A DNA stretch of 64,000 nt from Neovahlkampfia damariscottae. Lineage: Eukaryota. Of the stretch, positions 49,101 through 61,188 are shown in pieces. Every line of letters begins with the position of its first letter. Positions within the stretch are counted from its first letter, which is position 1. The stretch covers positions 1-64,000 of the forward strand of contig JABLTG010000100.1 in NCBI GenBank assembly GCA_016618085.1. Direction: 5' to 3'. Made by a program: the position numbers and the translations under genes. Below the pieces are notes generated by a model. That model had not been told where the DNA came from, searched no databases, and saw nothing but the letters and a program-made list of their open reading frames with translations.

Positions 49101-52100
49101 GAATTTCAATAGATTAAAGGCATTTGAATGAATTTCAACATTTCCATGACTCAATCCATACAAACCAAAGTGTAATAATGTAATATGAAAACGAGATACA
49201 TTCGGAGGTAAGACAGAATGTAATGGATATTTAATTTGATCAACCATATCTTGAACAACATCACAATGACATACATTATATGTAACTCTTGGATTGAATA
49301 AATTACAAACACTATTGTAATAACAAACGAAAAGTTCTTCTCTTGTTTCTGCATAGATTCTTTGTAAAAAGTATTCCATATAAAAATCCATATGATGATA
49401 CAAAAGGTATGTTAATAATTTTCGACCTTCCACTTCTGGTTCTTCATACCATTGCAATTGTGCAAGTGCATCATCTTTATCTCCATAAATGGTTCCTATT
49501 TTCAAAATTGGAGCGATTGCATCATAAGCCACTTCTTGTCTTTTTGCAGTTAATTCAGTGTAAACTTTTGTCACCAAATCAATGGAAGTATTCTTTGGAA
49601 TTGTACTTTGACCCATTTTTCTACTTGGATATTTGTCGCTCAAATCAGAAATAATTTGTAAAAATATAACAACAGCAAGTCTATCATTTTGACTCCAATT
49701 TGTTGATGTTTCAACACAGTAACTTTGATCTAAAGCAATTGCAAAATTCTTAATTGAAACACAAAATTCAATTTCTGAGTATTGATATTTTTCAATCAAT
49801 TGAACACTTTTGATTCTTGGGTATTGGATTTCATTGATCATTCCAATAAAAAGTTTGATGATATTTGAGAATGATGAAATATTTTCTTTTACAACACCTT
49901 CAGTATCTGGTCCTGTTTGAACAAATGCAGTTCTAAATTCATAATGTTGAGTCATTCTAAGAAGTATTTTTGAAATTACAACAAACATGTCTTTTTGCTT
50001 ATTCTTTCCTGTGCAATAACTATGTAGAGCTTTTAACACTACATGAATATTTTGCGGATGAACAGCAGCTAAACCAGTGATTATTGTCCTTTTAATCCAA
50101 GTGAGATCAGATTTCAAAGCTTTGATAATTGAATTAACATATTTAGTGGTTTCTTCTTGTTTTTCTTTGATGTCTGTGTCTGTAACTTTGGAAGCCCAAT
50201 AAGTTTCACTGAATCCACTTCCAGACATTTTGTAAATGATAAAGTTTGTCCATTTAATCGCAAATGAATCATCAACAGTTCCTTTTTTGACAGTTTCCAA
50301 TGGTTGTAATAATTGACATCTCTTATCAATTCCTTTGAGTGTTTGTTTGACAATTCCTTCAAGATTATTGTTTAAAATAACTTTAATCAATTCTTGAAGA
50401 ACAAATCCCCATAAGAATTCATTTTCTTTTTGTGATGCATCCATAAATGATATTTCTCCAATAGAAATCGTATGTTCAACTTTGTCACCACGTAATTGTT
50501 TGAGAATATTTAAATAATTTGCTCTTGAAAGAATATGATGTGTTTTCTTTTCAATCACAGCATAAACAGTTTGTTTTGCAGTTTTAAATCCTTCAATTCT
50601 GCTGTCAGTTTTTGATGCTTCTAAATCTGAAATTGCTTTAAGCAATAAAATAGCAGATGAACGTAATTTTTTATCAAAGTGACATAATGAAATCAACATA
50701 AGTGATTCCAATTTTTGTAAAACCATTGAATCTTCATTTTTACAACTTTCTAAAAATGTTTTTAATTTTTCTTTATCATTTGAGCATGCAGTTTTATCAT
50801 CTTCAATACTTTTTGCCCAAAGTGATACAAACAAAGTTAAGTTGTCAATCAATGTCACCATAGTATTTTCTTCTTGATAAGCTGGTTCTTCCAACATTGA
50901 AGCAACTCCTTCGAGTACAAAAACTCTCAAGAATTTGTTTTTGTGGACAATTTCTTGAAGTGAGTTTGATGTATTTCTTGCAACAGCTCCATCATTATAA
51001 ACGAGTCTTGTTCCAATGAATTTTTTAAATTCATTTGTTTTGATGATATTTTGTGCGTCAATATGAGGTAAAATAGATATTCCAACTCTGTAAAGAGCCA
51101 AATTTAATGGATATTGAGTTTTTGCTTTGGAAGCACTTTGAAGCTTTTTTGTTTTCACAGCTTCTTCTTTTTTATTCAATTTTGCTAAATCTTCAGCTTC
51201 AATATTTGTGAATGAAATAGAATTTGCTTCTGTATCTTCATCTTCATCTCCTACATCTCCTTCTGATGGTTCTAATTCCAATTTTTCAGCTGATAATTGA
51301 AGATCAACAGATGATGATCTTGCATCAATTTGAAGAGATTCTTCTTCATCATCACTTTCTTCAGCATCTAAAGGTTGTAATTTTTGAAGGTATGTAAAAA
51401 CTGGAAGATTTGAAGGAGCCAAACCCAATTGTGAATAACCAATCACATCTTCACATTCTTTTTGTAAAATTGTCAAAATATTTGGTGAATTTTTGATGAG
51501 AAAATCTTCAAGATCCTTTTGATAATTTGGATGATGAGCTATTGATAAAAGTTCTGGACAACTTGTATCACTTGCACGAATGATTAAACTGACAGCAGAA
51601 AGAGCAATATAATAGTGTTCAGGTGTTTTACTTTTTTCTGGTGTCAAAAGTGATGAAAGAATAGCATAACCATTTTCATGTGAAAAAGCAACAACACGAA
51701 GAATAAATTGAACATATGCATTAAATACTTCTGAAGCTGGTTCTTTTGATTGGACAACTGCTGGTTTCTTTTGATCAAACATTTCTTTCTTTGCAATTTT
51801 CAACAAATCTTCAAGAAATCCCAAGTATTTCTTTTTTGTTAATCCTTCAATATATTCTGGAGTTCCTGATTTTAAGTCTTTAATTTCATAAAGAAAAACG
51901 TCTCCAAAAAATTCTCTTTCTTCTTTATAAAGCACTTTTGATAACGTTTCTGAAGTACCAGTGTTTGAAAATCCAAAATATAAACGAGTAACAGGATTAA
52001 TTTTATCTTCAAAAATGATTGAAATGGCATCAACTAAACCGGCAATATGTGATGTTTTTCTGTAATTTGAAAGTGTTTTTGTGAGTAAATCCATTGCAGT

Positions 52101-53520
52101 TGATTCAAAAAATGACATTGAAGAATGTGATACAATCTTTGCTTGTAAACATTGAATTCTTTTTTTGAAATTGCCAGACGATGATTTTAACCATCCTCCA
52201 ATCAATGTATATATTTTTTTTGCCTTATAAAGTTTTTAACATTTTCTTTTTTTTCTTACTTCATTTTCAAATAAACCTGTTCTTTGTTCGTTTTGAAAAT
52301 CAAGTTGTGAGTAAAAATTCTCCAAAATTTCCATAACACTTTCTCTAACTGGATTGCTCTTCTTGTAGTATTCTAATAATTCAATTAAATGTAAAACCAA
52401 CATTGTGTTGAAATCCATTTTTTTATCAGCCATCTAGATGAAGAGTTATTATTGCTTTTTGTTTTACATCAACATAAAAGTATCTAACAGCCTTTAAAAC
52501 AGACATTGCATCTGGTTCAGAAACTGAACTTTTTGCACTTGGTACTTTATTCTTCACATGTTCAACAACCTTTTTTGGACTTGTAAAATTGTTTAAAAAA
52601 CTTCTTTTTTTTTTACTCTATTGATGACAATCTTCTGATGACAAAAGACCATTGATGTAATAAAAGTTCGTTATATTTTGCCCATACTCCGTATTGTCTT
52701 AATGGAATATCATAAAACAATTCCATCGAATTATTAAAAATCAAGTTAAAAGTGTTATGATCTAAAACAGGTTTATGTTGTAAAACAACACAAAATAAAT
52801 CAGCGACCACTAATAAAGCAAAAAATTCAGCAATATCATGATGTAACACTTTTTTTGAGTCAAAGTTAACAGTTGAATCAGTCCAAGAAGCATAACACCA
52901 TTTTAAAGGAACAGGTTCTTTTGATGCAGCTATAAATTGTGAATCTGTTGTTTTAGGTTTTTTTGTTATCGCAGTTTTTTTTTTCTTTGTATTTTTTTTT
53001 GAAGAAACATCTTGTTGTCCACCTGGAAACCATGAAAGCAACATTTGTGAAAGTGTAGAAGCACAAGATTTTGACATTTCAGAAAAAACTTGCATATACT
53101 TCAAATAAGACTCTGTTCTTCTGTAATTCAAAATAAAATCATAATCCTTTTTTTTTTAAAAAATTAAAAAATAAAATTCTTTGTTACCTTTAAATCTCCA
53201 TCTTTATCTAAAATTAAAAATTTTTCAGATAAAAATTTGGAAGTTTCTGTTTGAAATTGACGTAAAAAAGTTAAAGCAGTTGGTACCCTCACACCTTGTT
53301 CTTTCAATGTATCTTGTATTCCTTCCATTTCTATCATACTTGAAGTTCCTGAAAATGGATTAGTTGTAAAAGAAGAAGTTCTTTCTTTAATCAAAGATTC
53401 AGAAGAAGTATTTTCAACAGTTGGTAAAACAGCAAAGGAATCAAATTTTGGAGCTGATAATCTTGATAATGAACTTGATGAATCATTACTCCCAGGTATT
53501 GAAAAATCAGGCTCTGACAT
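46131..53520 (-). CDS. Furry/MOR2-PAG1-like HEAT scaffold with C-terminal RGS domain, multi-exon
   Basis: Over 2400 aa of helical repeats with Furry-like features (LCHFD..LR..AILLL, LKPWAKHL, IFWTSMMFL). C-terminal ILFYRSV..AAKEII..F..A...V..RL...LPEFLKSDEY is an RGS pattern. Confidence 0.65.
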
Positions 53521-53621
53521 GTTTTTCTTCTTTGCAATAACTACCAATGAAAGACGTTGAAAAAATTAACAGATGATTGGTTCATAAAAAATTTATTTCC
53601 GGAAGAATTTTAATGTTAAAA

Positions 53622-54629
53622 TTAAACAATCAATTGAATTTCTAAATCATGATAGAATTGACAATGTTTTAGTTTCATTTGGAATTCATTTTGATTTAAT
53701 TCAATCAGAAAAACGTCATTGTAATAATCACTTTCCAAATTACCACCAAAACAGTAGATTTCATTTTTATAAAGAGATATTGTTCCAACACCTCTTTTTG
53801 GTAATTTTTGATGGTTTGATTCAATTTCTTCCCATGATTTCAATTCATCAAGGTTCAATCGATGTATTGAGTCAAATGTGTCAATTCCATCAAAACCTCC
53901 CACCGAATACATGAAATTTTTATCTGAGGTGACCATATGACTTCTTCTTGGTGATGGATTGTTTTTCAATTCAATTCTTTTCCATTCCATTAAATTTAAG
54001 TCACAACAAAAAAGATCATTCAATAAAACTCCATGTCTATAACCACCAAAAACAAAAAAATTATCATTATGTAAAACAGCACCATGCCTTGTTCTACCAC
54101 CTGGTGATGGTAAAAACTCGTCAAAATATACTTCTTTCCATTGATTTTTTTTAAAATTAAAAATGTGTAAATCTTTAAACATTGAATGTTCACAATGGCC
54201 TCCATGAATAATTAAAGAATCTTTCCAAATCGCTGAAACATGACTATCTCTAACTTTTGGTGGATTTGTTTGTTTTATTTCTTCCCATTCTTCTGTTATA
54301 AAATTAAAATTCCAAAAATCATTTAAATAATACTCTGTAGCACGAGTTGTGCCTCCACCACCTCCAAAAACATACATTTTATTTTTATATACGTTTGATG
54401 TATGTGAACACCTTGGTCTTGGACATGGTTTGTCTTTGGTTGGATATAAATCAATCCAAATTCTTCTTTCAGGATAAAATTTTGTTATGATATTTGTTTG
54501 TTGATCCAGTTCTTTAAAATGACCAGCAAAATAATATATCACATTTCCAAAAATGACAGATGAATGACATGAACGACAATTCAACTCTTCTGGAACTTGA
54601 ACTTGCTCAACACGAAGGTGATTGTTCAT
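53622..54629 (-). CDS. Kelch-repeat beta-propeller protein
   Basis: Six R..H....Y.FGG-type repeats. Confidence 0.9.
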   Translation of the reverse strand: MNNHLRVEQVQVPEELNCRSCHSSVIFGNVIYYFAGHFKELDQQTNIITKFYPERRIWIDLYPTKDKPCPRPRCSHTSNVYKNKMYVFGGGGGTTRATEYYLNDFWNFNFITEEWEEIKQTNPPKVRDSHVSAIWKDSLIIHGGHCEHSMFKDLHIFNFKKNQWKEVYFDEFLPSPGGRTRHGAVLHNDNFFVFGGYRHGVLLNDLFCCDLNLMEWKRIELKNNPSPRRSHMVTSDKNFMYSVGGFDGIDTFDSIHRLNLDELKSWEEIESNHQKLPKRGVGTISLYKNEIYCFGGNLESDYYNDVFLIELNQNEFQMKLKHCQFYHDLEIQLIV

Positions 54630-54665
54630 TGGAAGAAATAAAATGATTGGTGTAAATAAAGTTAT

Positions 54666-57600
54666 TTATTTATAATTTTTGAGTTTATTTCTCACTTTTT
54701 CAGGGTTATTTTTAGACGTTGCCTCAAAAAATTCTTCAAAATCATTGTTATCAAAGATCCCGTTCAAAATATTTTTCTTTTGATCTTTTGATAATTCTTC
54801 AATTTCTTTTTTCAAAATTAATCTGTTTTCCAATTTTAATAAATTGCCGTCTTTATCAATTTTGATTTCACCAGACCATTTTTCATCAAAATGATAATTT
54901 TTGTATTCCTTTGAAACTGTTTTAAGATACTTCGATGTTTTTGTTGATAGATTCGAATATTCTCTCAGAATCTTCGAATTTTCTTGATTCGAAATATTGA
55001 ATTCCTTGAGTAAATTCATTGATTGTTTTATCGTCAAATTGATCATCTTCTAACATATGGAACAAAGTCATAGGAATTTCTTTTCCTTTTAGTAAATATT
55101 TCCCAATGTAGCAATTTCTGAAACAATTTTGATTGTTGAATGACATCTTCTGTTACAACAAATGTTGCACCTAAACTCTTCGTCAAAGATTCAACTCTTG
55201 AAGCAGTGTTGACTGTATCTGAAATTACAGTTGCATCAATTCTATTTTCGGCTCCAATGGTTCCAAGCATTACTTCACCAAAATGAATACCAATGCCAAT
55301 TTGAACTGGGGTTGAGTGTTTTCTGCAAGTTTTGTTGAATTCTTTTAAAGTTGATAACATTTCAAAACCACACTTAATTGAATCATCCACATCATATGGA
55401 AATAAAGCCATGATACAATCTCCAAAATTTGTTAATGAATCCATTATTTTTTGAAATAACTGGAGCTAAATAAGATAAAATATTATTAACAAATGAAAAT
55501 GATTCTTCAAGATTCATTTTTTCTGTTAAATCAGTGAAAGAACGAATATCAGAAAATAGAACTGAAATTTTTTTTTGTTGCAGCATCACCTTTTTGGACG
55601 TTTCTGATATCTCCTTTGCTCAATTGTTTTAAAAATTCTTTTGGAAGAAATCTTTCATATGATAAATTCAAGCTGTTCATATCTTCATATAATTTTGCAT
55701 TTTCATAGGAAATAGCCAACTGGGAAGCAATATGGTTTAATATTTGCATTCTTTCTTCGTCAAATATACCTTCCAATGTCTTATTTTCTAAATATATCAA
55801 CCCAAGTAATTTTTTTCCTTTTATTATTGGATGAATGCACAAAGACTTGATTTTATTGAGTTGCAAGTATTCATTATCACAAAACTCCGAATCTGACACG
55901 TTGTTGATCGTAATTGTCTTTTTTAATTTTTTCGAGAATGATGTTAAAAACGAGGAGTACTGATCATCCTCTTTGATCGATTTTGTTGATTCATGAACAA
56001 CAGAAATCTTTCCATGATCAATTAAAACTTCAAGGTACTCTTCTCCTTTTTCATAGAAAAATAATAATCCTCTTTCTGAACCGGTGTTTTCGATAATGAT
56101 TTCCATGACTTTTATGATTAAAGCGGATGTAGTCAATTCAACAGAAAGGGCTAGAGATGATTTAATGATGCTCATCATATCGAATGATTCATTTACATAC
56201 CCTGAGCTGGAATCAAGAACTGAAGTTGATGCCATTATAATTGTTGAATTGAGATTTGAAGCTCTTCTTTTGTAAGAAACATATTTACTGAATCTTCTTT
56301 TTAATCTATCCAGCTGAGCTTTTGCTGATAAGTTAGAGTAAATAGATACAATATCGCTGTAGTACATACCACAAATAGCCTTTGGGAAATTATTTTCTTC
56401 ACAGTACTCAAGCATCAATGATGTAGTAATAATTGATATTGTTTTGAGACCTTGTTTATTTGCTAATTCGATTACTGATTCATATGATGAAATCACTATT
56501 CATTTGTCTTGATGATTCATTGTTGATGATTCATAATTCGTTTTTAATAATTGATATCTTGGTGCCAAATATTCAGGTCCAATTTTGGAAAACAATTCAT
56601 ATTCTGCCAAATAATGTTTTATCTTTTCCAAAAGTGAATCATTTTTCCTGATTTTAAAGAAACGAATCAATAATAAACAATGATAAAGTTTCAATTCGTA
56701 GTAACTCACAAGCCCAGCTTGTGTTTCAATAATTTCAGTTCCTTCTTCTAACATCTTGAATGCTTCTTCATACTCAAATTTGTGAAAATGAAGAAATACT
56801 TTCACAAAGAATCAAACCAGAAATAGCTTTGAATTCTTCAAACTTAGGGATTTGAAATACTGGACTGTAATTTGAAATTCCCATAAAATCCAGCGCTAAA
56901 TGCCGAAAAACTTCACCAGCATCTTGCATATACACATTGTTGATTTCTTTAAACCATTTGATACTTCTTTTTCTATTTGATGCATTGTATTGTTGTAGTT
57001 TTCGCCATTAAGAATATTTGCCAATATTCCGTTGAGAGAGCAATAATTACTACAAATATATTCTCCATTTGTTGATCCGTATTTTATTCCAAAATCACAA
57101 TGATACAATGCTTGTTTTATTTACAACAATTAATGTTCCATTAGCCAAGAAGGATCTCAGTGCAGCTTCATTGAATGATGAATTCACTAATTCTGAAAAC
57201 AGTTTTTCACTTGCAGTAATCAATCCTCGTCCTGAAATTTCTTTAAAGAAAAATGAATAAATCCACCCAGCAGTGGCCAATGACACAGGTGCATTAAACG
57301 ATAAACCTTCCATTAATGACATAAATAATGATATTTCGATAGAAACAAATAATAATAGAGGATTTGTATTTTATGCGATCATGATAATGTCAATAGAGTC
57401 AATCAGTAAGTTTGAAGCAGAATAATCTCTTCATTTTCACATTTTTTGTGGTTCGAAATTTGATTTACTCCGCCAACCATTTCCATTTCATCATTCAACT
57501 TTTTTTTGAATTCTACTACAAATTTCATTGTTCTTCCAACATCATGCAACGGAATATCTTTGGTTAAATCAAACAATCTTAAAATATCTAATAGAAGAAG

Positions 57601-59760
57601 ATACCCTTTGTCAAATTCTGCTGTTAATGAATGCATTTTGATGTAATGAGAATATGTTGTCAATTTATCAATTTTTCCAATTGACTTTTCTAAAAGAAGT
57701 TCATAAGTTTGTTCAGCTTCGTTCAAAAGAACATTTGCATGATAATATTTCGCTAGAATTGAAAATGCTTCATATGCATTTCTATAATCCGAATCCCAAC
57801 AATTATCAGGCAACTTGTCAATTGAAATCTTTGAAAATTTCAAAATACTTTCATTTGAACAATTTTCCTGTGATTTTTTTGAAGCCAACAAATTTAACTT
57901 CAATATTTCTGAATTTTTGAAGTGTGCTTTTGAATTGTTGATATGATTGACAATTTTGAAAATTTTGTTCTCAATTTCTTGCGGATCTTTGTAAAGTTCC
58001 AGCAATCTTGTTGCAATGATAAAATGATTTTATTCTTCTCTTTGTCATCAATCAATTCATAAGAGGCTTCTTGTAGTTTATCGTGGTAAAATTTGTACTC
58101 ATTTGATTTCACTTGTTTCAACCATCCAGTTTCAACAGCTTTCATCAATTGAACATTTAATGATGATGTTGAATTCATCCACTTTAATTCTTCAATAACA
58201 AAACTATTCGAAATACAAGAGGCTTTCTTCAAAAATTCTTGAATTGCTTGAGGTTGTTTCTTCAAATTTTTTACCATAAATTCGATTACATTTGAACTGA
58301 AATTCATCTTTTCCACAGAGTCAATGTCCCATTTCCACATTTCTTTTTCCAAGAATATCAAATTTTCTTCATACAAAGTGTTGATAAATTCTCTTGAGAA
58401 AAATGGATTCCCAGCAGTTTTTTTATGGATAAGTTGACTTAATTCCATATTTCTCTCTTTGGGTGCCAAAAGTGTATCTGAAATCATTTCATTCAAATCA
58501 TCAATATTCAAAGGTCCAAGAACAATATTTTCAATTGATTTGTTTTCATTTATGATCTCCATCAATGGATGAGATGAATTCACTTCATTGTTTCTATAGG
58601 CTCCAATGATCATAATTCCTGGTGGATTTAACTTCAAGATATATTCTAGTAATTGAATTGACGAAGCATCAGCCCATTGTAAATCATCAATTACCAAAAC
58701 TAAAGTACAATCTTTTGTGAAACAATCAAAAAATTTCAAAAATGAATCAAAAATCCTGAATTGAATATCTCTCAAAGTTGTCAACACACTTGCTTGTTTA
58801 GGTTTTCCGATGATAATTTCAAGTTCAGGAACAAACGTTGATAGTACACTTCCAAAATCGTTTTTCAAATCAAGTTTCATTAAAGATGCAATGTTGGTGT
58901 TAATGTCCGATTTGTCGGATAATATTTTTGATATAAGAGATTTGATCACATCTGTAAAGGCTAAATAAGGTGTTAATCTGCTGAACTGTGCAAATTTTAC
59001 GTATCCTAAAGTGAGGTTCATTCCTTGTTTGAACAATTCTTCAATCAATTTTGATTTTCCGATTCCACAAAAACCAGAAACAAAAACATGCCTTTTCTTG
59101 ATTCAATCACTTTTTTAACAATTTAATTTCTTCATTTCTACCATATAACTTGTTTGGAATTTGAAATGGCTTGATATCAAACATACCAAGTTCAAAATCA
59201 TCTGGTATTTTTCTAAGATGTTCTAAAATGAATTCAAATCTTTAACAACTCCAGTACATGAATAATATCGATCTGAAGGGTTTTTTGATGCCATTTTTTG
59301 AATAACATCATTAAGTATTTTTGGAACTCCTGAAATATTAGGCATTTTTTTTGTAATTTGAGAGTGAACAATAGCCAATTTATCACCCAAAAAAGGTTGT
59401 TTGCCAGTGATTAATTCATAAAAAGAAATACCTAATGAATAGATATCACTTCTAAAATCCACATTTTGAGATTTTATTCTTCCAGTAGCTTCTAGTGAAA
59501 TATAAGCATATGTTCCAATTGGTGTTATGCATGAAATAGAAGGTGATTTTCTAGAAACAGCAGAAGCAAGTCCAAAATCAATCAACTTTGTTGTATAGTT
59601 CTTTTGAAAGAGAAAATTTGCAGGTTTAATATCACAATGAATGATGTTTTTAGAGTGAGTAATTTCTAAAGCCTTGGTCATATCAATTGAAAGTTTCAAG
59701 AAATTTTCTGTTGACACTTTTTTTTCTTGTTGAAAGAACTGTTGATAACTTCTTTCTCCT
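54666..59760 (-). pseudogene. Ser/Thr kinase-AAA ATPase-helical-GAF-adenylyl/guanylyl cyclase multisensor with many frameshifts
   Basis: HCDIKPAN/DFG/SDIYSLG; LYGR; GFCGIGKS; IDDLQWAD; TAGNPFF; HDKLQE; GLIYLEN; VLFSDIRSFT, GDCIMALF and DTVNTASRVE. Frame breaks without introns at about 59225, 59105, 58015, 55570, 55430 and 55115, among others; the kinase N-lobe is absent. Confidence 0.85.
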
Positions 59761-59860
59761 TTTTATAGTTTGCCAAAACTAGACAAGTCGGACAATTATA
59801 GAAATTTGAATGCCCAAATTAAAAATAAACCAATAAAAACTATTTGAAAACTTGAACGTC

Positions 59861-60984
59861 ATGAGTAATAATTTGATTCCAAATGAAAAAAATATATTAT
59901 TCTTCATGGTAATAGGGTTATGTTCATCATTTTCATCATGCTTATTATGTTTATGCTCCATTAATTGTTTGTGTAACGAATGATTCTTGTTAAATTTTTC
60001 AGTTGCAACTTGTATACCAAAAAAGAAAAGAGAACATGAAAAAAAAGACAAAATAGGAAGAAATACACTTGGAGAAACATTCATTGAACCTTCAAAAATG
60101 GAAAAAAGTGTTTCAAATTTCGGGTATTTGATTCCATTAATTGTCACTTCTGGACAATATATTTATTGGATATTTGTTTCCACTTATATTATGACATTTT
60201 ATTTCTTACAAATAGCTTTCATAGAAAATTGGTCATCTTACTTCACGTACAGATTTATATCTCTGACATCCATTCCGATTTGGCTCTTGTTGTACGTCGT
60301 TTATCTTTTAGAAATTGCTATGCATACTCTCACGGTCAAATGTTGAAAAACATGAAAACCAAAATAGCACTACATCGGGAAATTGATAACTTAAAAGAAG
60401 TGCCTGAAATCATTTTTGAAATGGAATGTTATCACACGGTTACATCTGGCTCCAAGAACAAAACTACAAAAGAAAGTCACAAAAAACCATCACAGAAACA
60501 TTGAAATTCAGCAAAATTATTGATAGATCTGATAGTTTTAATGATATAGATTTTGATTTGGTAGGTATTACTTTCCATAAAACAATTGCTCCAGGAGATG
60601 ACAAAACAAAACAATACATGGATCAACTGAAATCTGATATGATAGAAAATTATAAGAATGTTGATAAGCATTACACTTTTTCTGAAAAAATCAATTATCA
60701 GAATTTTAAGCAATATGCTTTTTTTGTATGATAAAAAACCTCAATTTCTTGGATTTTCTCAATATTTCATTGCAAGCATGTTCTGTTGGTCACTTCCATA
60801 CCGTTTATGGATGGACAAAATATCACATAAATCAACTTTCAATATTCACAAAGTTGTGCATCCAGAAAACCAAAGAGAAGAAATCAAAATTGAAACTTCG
60901 AACATGATATATTCAAATCAAGAAAATGATGAGCAACCTTTGGATCAAGAATTATTCTCAAATGAAAAATACTACTGTAAATAA
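59861..60984 (+). pseudogene. TMEM151-like membrane protein, frameshifted
   Basis: Hydrophobic helices, PEIIFEMECYH, IDRSD and SLPYRLW...HKVV spread over four frames; breaks near 60320, 60470 and 60720. Confidence 0.5.
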
Positions 60985-61005
60985 AATGTCGAAAAATAAA
61001 AAATA

Positions 61006-61080
61006 TTCTGGAAACCGGGTTCGAACCGGTGTCTTCCGATTCAGAGTCGGACGTACTAATAACCACTATACTATACCAGA
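61006..61080 (-). tRNA. tRNA-Gln(CTG)
   Basis: Reverse strand reads TCTGGTA TA GTAT..GTAC G TCCGA CT-CTG-AA TCGGA AGAC ACCGG TTCGAAC CCGGT TTCCAGA A. One T:T mismatch in the acceptor stem; T-run downstream. Confidence 0.88.
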
Positions 61081-61188
61081 TCCAAAGGTCTGTAGGAGAA
61101 CTTTAACCATTAAAAACCAAGTTTCTTCGACTTGAGAATTTTTAAAATCATCATCATTTTCATTGGTCACAACAATCTGAAGTTGAAG

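Noticed and set aside
54666..60984. Alternative genetic code or programmed frameshifting
   Set aside because: The breaks are frame changes without a shared slippery motif, and conserved genes elsewhere read normally with standard stops.
60884..61135. Short ORFs 60884-61066 and 60926-61135
   Set aside because: They overlap the tRNA-Gln gene and are spurious.
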